Of a DNA stretch of 64,000 nt, positions 1-11,810 are shown in pieces (position 1 is the stretch's first letter; every line of letters starts with the position of its first letter). Location of the stretch: assembly GCA_004431415.1 (NCBI GenBank), contig QPMI01000203.1, forward strand, positions 1 through 64,000. Reading direction: 5' to 3'. Position numbers and translations under genes: made by a program. Source of the stretch: Cyanophora paradoxa CCMP329 (lineage: Eukaryota; Plantae; Glaucophyta). The notes under the pieces are model-generated. The model was not told the DNA's origin. It searched no databases and was given only the letters and a program-made list of their open reading frames with translations.

Positions 1-3000
1 CTCCGCGAGCGCCGCCGCCCACTCCTCCAGCTCCCCGTCGAGAAGCGCTCCGCGAGCTGCCGGCGCCGGGCGGGGTCGGCGAGGGCGGGGCGGGGGGTCG
101 GGAGGGCGCACGCGCGTGGGCCGCCCTCGTTGAGGAAGCCGGGGGAAGGGGCGCCCGTGGAGGGCCCGGCGGGGGACCTCCAGCAGGCTCCGCCCCCGAC
201 CTCCCGGACGCGCACCTCCGCCCGAAGTGCCGCGACGCCGCCTCCGCCAGCCCGCCACCCGCCCCTCCAGCACCGCCGCCGCCTCCCCCGCCTCACGCAC
301 CGCCTCAGCCCCGGCCCGCCAGCGGCGCCAGCTCCCCTGCCCCGCGTCAGGCCGGAGCGCGGGGCGAGGGCGGAGAGGAGCGGGGCGGGACCGCCGCTGG
401 CGGCGGCGGCGACGTCGTAGGCGGCGCAAAGGGACTCGACGACCTGCGCGAGGCCCTGCGCCGCCCGTCAGCATGCCGCGGCGGGCGCGCGGGCCGGCCG
501 CACGGGGAGGCCGCCGGCGGGGTCCCCTCCAGGGCTGCCCGCAGGAGGCGGCCCATCCGCGTGGGCCGCAGCGGCTGCTCCGCCAGCGAACGAAGCGCCT
601 CCTGACCCGCGCGGCGCCCAGGCTCGAGAGCGAGGAGACGGGGGACCGGGGGGCGACGACCTCGAGGCGGGCGAAGCCGTCGACGGCGCGCACGAAGCCG
701 GCCGCCCCGCCCCGGCGGGTATGCGCCTGCGCCGGTCACGGGCGGGGCCGGGCGTGCAGGGCAGGGCGGGGCGGACGCGGGCGAGGAGGCGCTCGAGGTC
801 GGGGAGGGGCGGAGGGCGCGGAGGAGCGCCGCGCGGGCCTCGGCGGGGAGGCGCGCCAGGTCCTCCAGCGCGTCCAGACGCTCCCCGATCGCCTCGGGGC
901 GCACGAGCGGGTGCAGCAGCCAGCGGCGCAGCTCCCGGCGCCCCGGGCCAGTCGCGCAGCGGTCGAGGAAGGCGAGGAGGGAGGCGGCGCGGGGGCCGGC
1001 GGCGTCGCGGCCCTCGATGACCTCGAGGTTGGCGAGCGCGGGGGCGTCCAGCACCGCGTGCTCCGCCTCCCCGTCCGCCCCGTACCACTCCACCCGCTGC
1101 ACCGCCCGCAGCTGCGCTCGCGCCCCGTCGGCGCGGGGCGGGCGGACGGGTGGCGGGCGGGGCGCGCTGTTTCGCCGAGGAGGGCGTCGGAGAGGAAGAA
1201 GAGGAGGGCGGAGAGGGCGGCGGCGCCCGCCGCGCTCCGAGGGCCGCCTCGAGGACCTCGCCGGCCCGCCCGCGTGCTGCCCCCGCAGCGCCGCTGCCTC
1301 CGCGAGCGCCGCCGCTGTCTCGTGCGCGGCGGTGGCGAAGGCATCCGGGGGCAGGGCGACGATGCGCGGGGCGGCGAGGGAGCCGGCGAGGAGGCGGCGG
1401 GTGGCGAGGGCGGCGGGCCCGCGAGCGCGCTCGAGGACGACCTCGACGGGGCGGTGGCGGGCGAGGAGCGTCTGGAGGCGCGGCCGCTGCGGCGCGTCGG
1501 CGAAGGCCCCGACGAGGAGCTCCCCGCAGCGGCGTCCAGCAGGGCCACCCGAGCTCGGCCCCGGCGGCCCCCGCCCGCTCCGCCAGCACCAGCAGGATCG
1601 CTGCGCCCTGTCAGGGGCGGCGCGGGGGCGGGGCCGAGGCGGGGGGGCGGGGCGGGGGGGGGCGGGGCGGGGGGGGGGGGGGGGAGCGGGCCGGGCTGGT
1701 CGTCGGGGAGGAAGGGCGGGGCGAGGGCGGTGCCGCGGGAGAGGACCTCCTGGAGGCGGCGGCGCTGGATGCCGCCCTCCTCCGCCCCCGCCCTCGCCTC
1801 CAGCTCCACGTCCACACGCGCCACCCGGTACCCCCGCGCCACCAGCTGCGCCGCGAACTTCTCGAACGACGGGCCCGGCTGCCGCCCGCCTCACGCCTCG
1901 TCGCCGCCCCGCGGGGAGGCGGCGCGCGCACGACGCCGGCCATGGGCATGGCGCCGCTGGCGGTGAGCTTGAGGCCGAGCTCCCGCTGGCCCGTCACAGC
2001 GTCCACCCCGTACAGCTCTGCCGCCCCTCGCCGGCTTCCTGCGGCGCGGCGGCCAGCCGGCGCGCACCGTAAAACTTCCCCTTCTTGAAGAAGAGAACGG
2101 CGTCAAAGTAGTCACGCTTCACGCGCTGTCGCAGCCTCAGGCCCAGTCGGGCCGGCGGGGCGGGGCGGGGCGGGCCCAGTACTGGCGAGCCATGGGGCTC
2201 AAGCGGGCGAGCTCGCCCTCGGAGACGCGCAGCTTGCGCCCGTCGTACTCGGGGTCCTCGGGACGCCGCCCCTCCGCGTCCCGCGGCGGGTCCAGGAACG
2301 GCAGCCGCCCGAGCTCCGCCGCAGCAGCCGCCCCCGCCGCCTCCTCGTCGCCCCGCCCCGCACCCCTCTCCCCGCCCTCCAGCCGCGCCTGCCACCCGCG
2401 TCGGGGAAGGATGTGGCGCAGCGCGCGGGGCCGGGGGCGGGCCCGCTTGGGGCGGGAGGGGGCGCCGCGGGCGGAGGGGGCCCGCCGGGAGCCCGAAGGG
2501 GCAGGGCCGCGAAAGGCGAAATCCTGCGGGGCGCGGAGGTCACCGGGGCGCCCGAGAGGGCGGAGGAGGCGCGGCTGGCACGTCGAAGAGGTCGCCGCGG
2601 AGGGCGCGGCCGCTGCCGCCCCCGTGCACCCGCCTCGCCGACGGCGGCCTCGTCAGCGTCCCGGGGCTCGCCTTTGGCGTCCGGCCCCAGCCCCGCGCCG
2701 GTGACCCCGGCTCCCGCTTCGTCGCGCTCTGCGTCTGCGGCGAGGGCGCGCGATCGGCGGTGTCGCGGGCGTGGCTGCACGCGGGCGACGCACCGGCTGC
2801 CAGCGGGAGCCCGACGCGGCGTGCGGAGTCGGGCAGACGGCGACTTTGGCGTCCTCTTCGTCATCCCAGATCCTGAGCGGGCCTTCTTCCTCCTGCACGA
2901 GAGCGCGATGTGCCTATACCGACGGCGGTGAGCATATGCATATACCGACGGCGGTGAGAAGCAGGCACCTCGGCCGCGGACTGGGCAGGCTTTGGTCGAT

Positions 3001-3471
3001 CCGTTCTCGAACCATGAAAGGATGCTATCTGCGTCTGAATGACCTCCTGCGACGACGCGGAACATCCGCCAGCGCCGGAATTTGATTCCGAGCGCAAGGA
3101 TTGCAATTGCGCGCTGTAGCCTGCAGAATCACCGCGCGCGAGCATCAGCGTTGCACTTGCGCTTGAATATGCGCCGACTACGCGTGCGTGGCGCTGAGGA
3201 ACGGCGGCGGAGGACTGCGAAGCACCGAAGCTCGACGCGGCGAGCACCGCCGGAGGCGGCGAGCGCCCGTCGCGTACGCGGGGCACGAATCCCCAGGAAT
3301 TCGACTTGCAAACGAGTGGCGAGGCCCTCGCCTACGTCCACCGTCGGGCGGGCGAGTTCTAGGATCTCGGGGCGGGCGCACCGAATTCGAAGCGGCTTGT
3401 GACGGGCCCACGAGGTTTCCAAAGTCGTCGTCGAGCTCGAAGGGTTCCTCCTCGGGATCCTCGTAGGCCAT
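1..3471 (-). CDS. MSH6: MutS-family mismatch repair protein, MSH6/MSH7 type (multi-exon; 3' part outside window; start uncertain)
   Basis: Spliced minus-strand exons give DPEYDGRKLRV..QYW..KRDYFDAVLFFKKGKFY|ELYGVDA..GLKLT..MPMAG, ARGYRVARV, and VLDAPALANLEVIE..SLLAFLDRCATGPGRRELRRWLLHPL..IGERLDALEDL (MutS domains I-III). Candidate ATG at 3471 (MAYEDPEEE) is tentative. Confidence 0.8.
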
Positions 3472-3589
3472 TTCGATGGCCTCGCGATCGAAAGAAAAGT
3501 TTGTTGCGTAACGGCCCTCGACAGCGGCTCCACTCTCCTCAGGACCCCTTCCATTCTTCAATTCCCCTCGGGCCCCCTTCACTGGCGTG

Positions 3590-6500
3590 ATGCTGGCCTT
3601 TCTGACGCCGCCACCGGCGGCGCCTCCAACCAGGCTCGATGCACAGGCGGCGCCGATTGCGTCATTGCGAGCGCGCCAAGCCGACGAGCACGCACAGCGC
3701 GGACCCGTGACCCACGGCGACCGCTTCTTCCCGCTGCACAGGTGCGCGGAATCGTTCGGATCGTTTGAAGTAGTTGCAAGCGCCTCAGCGGGACGCGCAG
3801 CTCGCGAGGTGGCCGAGTTTCAACTGCGCTCCGCAGTAGATTCTTGTCAGCGGCCCTCCCCAACGCGGTCCGGCCCCAACCAGGATCTCTCTCAAGCACT
3901 TTGTAGCTCGAGTTTACGTGTTGCACAACACAGCGTCGCTGGCCGGACACGTTCAAGCGCAACGATCTCGATCGGGGCAGGAGCGTCGAGTGCATACGTG
4001 CGCGCGGTAGCAGCTAGCGCGTCCAGCGCAGGCATTCTGACGTTTGATCCCGCCAGTACCCTCGAGCGATCGCTTTGAGGCGTGGAATCCGGCGGAGTCG
4101 TCCAGACCGCTGCCTTTGCGGCCGACGATTGATCGCGGAGAGCCGGATGCGCTGCAGCGCTCGGAGAAGCGATCGGCGGCTCGGCAAAACGGTGCGCGAA
4201 GTGAACCGCGCATCAGCGGCGCCGTTATGCGCGCCGGTCACGCGCTGCCGGCAGGCATCGACGTGCGCAGGCGCGCGGCGGCGGGCGAGGAGAGCAACGA
4301 GGCGGCGGCCCCGAAGCGGCGCGGCAGACCAAAGAAGACGGCCGTCGAGGGTGAGGAAGCGCTCCCGCAGCCCGAGGCAGGCCCCGCGACCCCAGAGGCG
4401 CCGCGCCGCCGCGGCCGCCCCTCGAAGGCCGCCGCACCCCCCGCTGCTCCGGCCACTGCAGCCAGCTCCGCTGCGGCGGCGTGGGGCGAGGCGCCGGCGG
4501 GCGCAGAGGAGGGGGCGGCGAAGCGCAGGGGCCGGCCCCGCAAGCTCTCGTCGCCCGAGGTCCGCGACGCCCGCCGGCCCTCGCGCGGGGCCTCACCCGC
4601 GCTGCAGCCGGTGCCGCCGGAGCGCCCGCGGGAGGCGGCGAGGGCGGGGGTGTTCCCGCCGGGGCGGGGGAGGGCGGGGGAGCGGGGCCCCGGGGCCTCC
4701 CCGCGGGAGCTCTTCAACGAGTTCTTCACGCCCGCCGGCCGCCCCCCCGCCGCTCCGCCGGCCCCCGACTTCGTCACCCTGCCCGAGCACGACGACGACC
4801 ACATCCCCGCCCCGCCCCGCGCCCCGCCCCGCCCCTCCGCCCCTCCCCGGGCCCCTCCACGCGGCCCGCCCCCGCGCAGCCCCGCCGCCGCCACCCCCTC
4901 CGCGTTTCCCCGCTACGGCTCTCCGTCGGCGCCGCGCCCCTCGCCGCAGCCGTACGCCGCGCCCCAGCCGCACGCCCACGCGGCGGGCCAGGGCGGGCGG
5001 GGGTACCCCGGGGGTCGGGAGGTGGCGCGGGTGGCGCCGACGCAGGTGCAGTCGGGGCGGGCGCCGGCGCTGCACATCAGCGGCCCGCGCATCGAGGAGA
5101 GCACGCTGACGCTGGAGGGCGTGCGGGCGGCGTGCTCGCGGCCGGTCTTCGGGCGCGGCTCGCGGACCTTCTTCAAGCGGCTCGTCGCCGAGTACTCGGA
5201 GGAGCCCGCCGCGAGCACCGTCCGCGGCCGCGTCGTCGGCTCCGACCCCGCCTCGCCGCCCTACGAGGTGCGGGTGCGGCTCCCGGCGGAGCGGGGCGGG
5301 CGGCCGGAGTGCGAGTGCAGCTGCCCGTACGTGGAGGACGTGTGCAAGCACTCGGTGGCCCTCATGCTGCAGCACCTCGCGCTGCGGGACCGGCGGCTGC
5401 GGGACAAGCTGCAGGGGATCCGGGCGGAGGAGCAGGAGGCGCAGCGACTGGAGCGGGCGCAGGGGGGGCAGAGGGCGGGTGTGCGGGCGCTGGAGCCTCC
5501 GCGCCCCGGGGACTTCGACTTCGAGGCGGTGGGGGCGCTGCCGCGGCTGCACGTCGGCCTCCAGATCATCCCCCACCCGCTCGCCCTCCTCTTCGGCCTC
5601 GTCCCCAAGGAGGCCTTCGGCAAGGCCCGCCCCCGGCCCCCGCCCCGCCCCGCCCCGCCCTGCCCCGTCCGGGCCGGGCCGGGCTGGCATCCCAGCTCAT
5701 CCGCGCCGGCCTGCAGGCGTCCATCCTGAAGATCCCGGAGGCAGCCGCCGCTGCCATTCCCCCCGGCACCCCCGCTCGCGCGTGCGTGCCGCCGCGCAGC
5801 CGGGCGCGGCTGGGGCTGAGGGGCGGGCAGGCTGGTGGAGTACCTGCGGGGGCAGCCGTCGGCGATCGCGGGGAGCGCGGGGGGCCACCGGGTGCCGGCC
5901 GGCTTCGAGGGGGCGGCGCTGGACTTCGCCCGCCGCTGCTTCACCCTCCTCGAGCCCGCCTCGGGCGAGCCCTTCCGCTTCGCCCCCGACGCCGCGCCCC
6001 GCGCCCTCCTCCGCCTCCACGTCCGCCCGCCCCGCCCCGCCCCGCCGCGACGCGCGGCGCCCGACGCGGGGCGGGGGCGCAGGCGGAGGAGCAGGAGGAC
6101 GGGTCGGCGCTGCTCGTCTTCACCCCGTGGCTCCCCCGCCGCGAGCTCCACCCGGAGCTGCCCCCGGGCCCGGGCGGCGAGGAGCTCGAGGCGGTGCGGG
6201 GCGGGGCGGTCGTGCGGGGCGAGCCGGCGTGGGCCCTCGTCCCCGCCACGCGCACCTTCTACCGCTGCGACACGGACTGGCTGGCCGGGGCGCTGGGGCC
6301 GGCGGCGGGGCGCCTGCTCGCGCGCCTCGACGGCGGGGGGCGCTACCTCGTCAAGGCCGCCTCCATGCCGGCCTTCCTCACCCGCACCTGGCCCGCCCTC
6401 GCCGCCGCCACCCCGGCCCCAGAGTTCCTCCCCTTCCGCCCGGGGGCCCCGCCGCCGGCGACGCTGAACGCGGAGCCGAAGGGGGTGGTGCAGTTCGAGG

Positions 6501-9500
6501 AGTGGGAGCAGACGGGGGCGTACGCGGGGTCGCCCCCCTCGCTCGTCGCCCGCCTCGCCTTCCTCTACGGGGACACCCTCATCCCCTCCCAGCCCGCCCC
6601 CGACGAGCTCGCCCAGGCCGCCCGCTCCGCCCAGGCCGCCGCCTCCGCCGCCCACGCCGCTGGCAAGCGCTACGCCGGCCAGGCCGCCGCCCACGCCGCC
6701 GCCGCCGCCCCGGGCTCCCCCGGCGCCCATGCCGCCTCCGCCCCGCTCGGCTCGCCTGGCCCCGCCGCCGGCGCCGGGGCGGGGAAGGAGGGCGAGGAGG
6801 GGACGGAGTGGCAGCGGTTCACGCGGGAGGCGAGCGGGGGCAGCGTGTGGATCCGGCGGTACGCGTCGCGGGAGCTGGAGCTGCGGCGGCTGCTGCGCAA
6901 CCTGCGGCCGTACCGGATCTCGGGGGACCGCTTCTTCTTCGCGGAGGGGGAGGCGCTGCAGGCGATGCAGTTCCTGTACGGGATGCGGGAGCGCTTCGCG
7001 GAGGCGTGGCAGCTCGAGGGGAACGAGGCCCTCGCGCACTACCGCTTCGCCGAGGAGCCGCTGCGCGTCGAGGCCCACGTGCAGCTCGTCGAGGCCAACT
7101 TCGCCGTCCGCTTCCGCGCCGTCTCCTCCGCCGAGCCGGCCGGCGTGCCCCTCCGCACCCTCGGCGACCTCGCCGTCCGCGAGAACAGGCCCTTCTTCCG
7201 CAAGCGCGCCCCGCCGGGCCCTCCTCGCCCCCCCGCCCCCCTCACCGGCCCGCAGCGCCCAGACGGGCCTCTGGTCGCCCTTCTCCCCGCGCGCCGTCAC
7301 CGCCGTCTACTCCCTCTTCGGCACGGAGGTCAGCGAGGGTGCGCCGCCCCGCCGCCCCTCCCGGGCTGCGGCTCGGGCCGAGGCGGGGCAGTCGGGGACG
7401 AGACGGTGGCACCGGCGGCGCGGCGGGCGTACCAGCTGCCGGGGATTGTGGAGGCCCTCGAGGCGGCCGGCGTCCGCATGGCGCGCCCCGCCGCCGCGCG
7501 CGGGGGCCCGCGGGGCGGGTGACGCCGCGCAGGTGTACGACGAGGCGTCGCGGGAGTTCCTCGACCTGCTGCACGCCCGCCGCTCCCAGATCGAGGCCGA
7601 GGACGAGGCGCCCCCGGGGGGCCACCCACGCCTCCTCGCCCCGCTGCCCCCGATGCCCGAGGGCCTCACCTGCACCCTCCGCGAGTACCAGGCCCGCCCT
7701 CCCCCGCCCCCCGCGCCCCGCCCGCACCCCCGCGCGGGGCGGCGACGTGCGGAGCAGGCGCAAGGGGTCGGCTGGATCCGCTTCCTCGGGCGCTACGGCC
7801 TTGGCGGCGTCCTCGCCGACGACATGGGCCCGTCCCCGCCCGCCCCCCGCCCCACCCGCCGCGCCCGGGGCGAGGCGGGGGGCGGGCAGGGCTGGGGAAG
7901 ACGGTGCAGACGCTGGCGACACTGCTGGCGCACTACAGCGACTTCCCCGACTCGCCCCCCTCGCTCGTCGTCGTGCCGACCTCCGTCGTCTACAACTGGC
8001 AGCACGAGGCGGCGCGCTTCACGCCCTCGCTGCGCGTGGCAATCCTCGCGGGGCAGGAGCGGCACGCGGTGCTCGGCCACTTCCTCGAGGGGGCCGGGGC
8101 GCCGGTGGCGGCGGCGCCGGGGCCGGAGGCGGGGGCGGGGGCGGGGGACGTGGACGCCGTGCTGGCGGGCGAGGGCGGCCCCGAGGCCCCCGCGGAGGAG
8201 GACGACGCCGCCGACGCCTCCCTCGCCGACGGCCCGCCCGCCCCGTCCCGCCCCGCCCCGCACGCCCCGCCCCCTCACCGCCCCGCAGCCGCCTACGAGG
8301 AGGAGGAGGAGGGGGCCGGCCCGCAGCGCCGCCGGGGCCGCCGCGCGAAGCAGACGATCCTGCAGGGGCTCCTGGAGAGCGACTGGGCACGTCGCGGGCT
8401 GCGGCCGCAGGTGGGAGGGGGCGGGGGAGGGCGGGCGCGGGGCCGGCTCAGGGCCGGCGCAGGTCTACTTCACGACGTACGGCGTCGTCCGGCGCGACCT
8501 GCCCCGCCTCCGCCGCCACCTCTGGTCCCCCGCCCGCCCCCCCGCCCCCTGCCGGCCGGCGGGAGCGGGGCGCTGAGGGCGGGGGCAGGTCGTACGTGAT
8601 CCTGGACGAGGCGCAGGCGATCAAGAACCCGGACTCGGCGACGTCGACGGCGGTGAAGGGCCTGCGCTTCCTCCACGCCCTCGCCCTCTCGGGGACGCCC
8701 ATCGAGAACCGCCTCCTCGAGCTCTACTCCCTCTTCGACTTCCTCATGCCCGGCTTCCTCGGCTCCTCCCGCCGCGCCTTCCAGGACCAGTACGAGAAGC
8801 CCATCGTCCTCTACAACGACCCCCAGGCCCGCCCACCCCCGCCCCCGCCCTCCCCGCCACGGCCTGACGGGGCGGGGGCGGGCAGGTGCGGGGCCAGCTG
8901 CGGAAGCGGGTGCGGCCGTTCGTTCTGCGGCGGGTGAAGGAGGAGGTGGCAAAGGACCTGCCGCCCAAGACCGACATCGTCCTCCGCGTCGACCTCACCC
9001 CGCGCCAGCGCTACCTCTACGAGCAGGCCCGCCCCGCCCGCCCCGCCCCACGCCCCACCCGGCGAACGCGGGGCGTGCGGGCGCAGATGAGGGAGAAGAC
9101 GTGGGAGCAGCTGCGGGCGGTGATCCGGGCGAAGGGTTCCGTGCAGGCGGCGCAGGCGACGGTGCTGACCGCGCTCATGAAGCTGCGCCAGCTCTGCGAC
9201 GACCCCCGCCTCGTCGATCCCCACGGCCGCGTCCTTCCCAAGGCCCGCCCCCGCCCCCGCCCCCGCCCCCGCCCCTTACCCCCGCCGCCAGGCCATGCGC
9301 GCCGCCGCGCCGCCACTGCGCCCGGGCGGGGGCCGGGGCCGGGGCGGCGGGTGGCGGAGGAGGAGCCGGAGTGGGCGGCGGAGCTGCAGGCGGGGGCGGG
9401 CGAGGGGGTGCCCTACGCGGAGCGCGACAGCGGCAAGCTGCAGGCCCTCCTCGAGGCGCGTCGCCCAGTGCCAGCCGGGCGGCGCGGCGCGCGGCCGCCG

Positions 9501-10057
9501 CGGCTGAGCGGGGCGGCACGGGGGCGCAGCTGCTGGAGAGCGTGGTGGAGGAGGGCCACCGCGTGCTCATCTTCTCCCAGTTCGTGGGCATGCTGAAGCT
9601 GCTCGAGGCGGCGCTGAAGGAGCGGGGGTACGCGTACGAGTACATCGACGGGTCGGTGGCGGCGGGGGAGCGGCAGGAGCGCGTGCGGCGCTTCAACGGG
9701 GACGCGAGCATCCCCGTCTTCCTCATCTCCCTCAAGGCCGGCGGCACGGGCCTCAACCTCACCGGCGCCGACTACGTCGTCCACTACGACCCCTGGTGGA
9801 ACCCTGCCGTCGAGGCCCAGGCGACCGACCGGGCGCACCGCATCGGGCAGACGCGCCGCGTCTTCAACTACAAGCTCATCTCGCGCGGCACCATCGAGGA
9901 GAAGGTGCTCGAGCTGCAGCAGTCCAAGCGCTTCCTCGCCGACGACATCCTCGGGGGCGCCCTCTCGCGCGCCGGCTCGGGCGCCGCCGCCGCCCTCGAC
10001 GAGGCGACCGTCGTCAAGACCCTCACCGAGGACGACCTCGAGCGCCTCCTCTCCTGA
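3590..10057 (+). CDS. SWIM zinc finger + SNF2-family ATPase/helicase (bacterial SWIM-Snf2/SSO1653-like) with three N-terminal AT-hooks; multi-exon
   Basis: [24 protein letters not shown]; [21 protein letters not shown]; LREYQ|[14 protein letters not shown]|GLGKTVQTL; [12 protein letters not shown]; [14 protein letters not shown]; RVLIFSQF; [43 protein letters not shown]; stop at 10057. First exon 3590-3989 joins in phase through a GT-AG intron at 3990-4056. Confidence 0.88.
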
Positions 10058-10394
10058 GCCCCGCCCCCGCCCCCCGGACGCCCCGCCCCTGCGCGGCTCT
10101 CGATCGGCGACATGCCCGTTCGATCCGACGGCCCTGCCAGCCATGCGGCCGAGCTCCTCCGCAAACGGCACTTCAGAATATGTTCTTCATTCAAAGACAT
10201 CATTCACTGATTTGCGACAGAACTCTTGCACTACTCTGTATCTAGAGCTAGACCTGCGATGGTCCACCGATCTGCATAACGACCTTCCAGCAGGCTAATG
10301 GTGTGGTCGGGGCTTGGAACTCTTTGCCTCGTTCATTTGGTTAACTAGAACTACCGCCGTAGTGCTCGTATACGGTCCTCCGATATCTATGGTG

Positions 10395-11502
10395 GGAGCT
10401 CGCCGCCCCGTCTAGGCTATCAGTAGTCCTCCATCGCGGAGGGGGCATCGTCGCGTCTCCTCTTCGGGCCCCTGCAGAGACCGAGCCCCATGAGCGTAGG
10501 CCAGCAGAGAGAACGCGGGGCGCTGCGCACCCGTCCCACGACTCGGCTTTCCTCCGGTTGGGGGCGCTCGCCGCCGGCCGGTAGAAGAATGACGCCCCGG
10601 TCACCTGGCAGACGTACTCGCCGTTCGGCAGCAGTGTCTGAGCGGCCGTCAGCACGCGCGATAAGAGCGCGGGGCGAGCGCGAGCATTCACCTTGCAACC
10701 GCTGGCCACGTCGCACACGTGCACGGCTCCAGTAGCCACCTCGCGCCACACTGAGCGAGAGACCAGTCAGCCCTCGCTGCCAGGATCTGCGCGCTTGCAT
10801 CCGCGGACCGTTCCCGAAGACTTTTAAGTAGCCCGAGGGGGCATCGGCGAGAGACGAGCTGCTGCTCCCGCTGCACGAGCGGGAAAGCACGCTGCAAGTG
10901 CCAGCAACCGTCGGGTGGGCATTGCGCGCTTGCATCGCTGATCGGTCAGTGGAGCGAAAGCTAGCTAGGGCTTCGTGCGCCCGGGAACCGCCGCTCTTCG
11001 ATCTCCCCGATGTTGCGCTCGGCTGAGGCGAGACGAAGACTTTTCCGACCGAGGATCTCTGGTGCGCGACAGATGTCTTGTCACGTCGGGCGGGAACCGC
11101 GCCTGGGCCGCTTGCTTTGAGGCAAACGATCCTGGGGCCGTCGCTGAGTGCGAGAGGCTTTTCTGAGGGCTGGGGGCGTCGAGGGGAGCGAGCTGGGTCG
11201 AACTGCCGGGGTACCGAGTGCTGACAACCCGGGGTAGCACGGCAGCGCTAGCGCCGCAGCTCTGCAGGGGCAAGCGATCGTTCCTGTGCTCTGATTCGAG
11301 CGCCTTCAGGGGTCGCATCGTCCGCGTGACCGTGCTCGACGAGTTCTGGCATCATGGCATGGCGGACGAGGAAGCCCGCCTAGCTGCATGGAGGAAGCAG
11401 CTAGCTAGAACAGGAGGAGGACGATGACATGTTCGCGGACCGTCGGACCCCTCGCCTGGCTACGCCGCGGCCGCGGTGTATACGTACGCATCGATATCAG
11501 CG
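10395..11502 (+). pseudogene. Diverged ~1.1-kb direct duplicate of 56038-57108 (small Cys/His gene plus truncated 5' end of CCDC13)
   Basis: Colinear high similarity to 56038-57108 including introns. The CCDC13 portion is frameshifted (MADEEARLAAWRKQLAR..) and dissolves into palindrome-rich sequence after 11502. Confidence 0.92.
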
Positions 11503-11810
11503 AGGATCCGGAGCCTAGGCCTCGCGATCGGAGCCTCGGATTCGGAGGGGCGCACCGTATACGTAGTACTGCCGCGCCGGCATTCTCGGGCGAGTGTGGC
11601 GCGGCACTGCGGCAGGCCTGATCATGAGCCGCTGAGCATGATCATGAGCTCGAGGCCTAGCCGGCGCCTATAGTATATACGTAGCTATAGGAGAGAGAGA
11701 GACTCAGAAATTGAAATTACTACGACTCGGCGATTCAGTAATAGTTGCTCAATGCGCATGCAGAACTAACTTAGTAATTCATGATCACACAAGTTCGAAT
11801 TCATAGGGTT

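Noticed and set aside
227-8937. Very long Arg/Pro/Gly/Ala ORFs (e.g. 227-1966 +, 5479-8937 +, 5261-7300 -, 60591-62285 +)
   Set aside because: Shadow frames caused by stop-codon scarcity in extreme-GC DNA; true proteins switch frames at introns.
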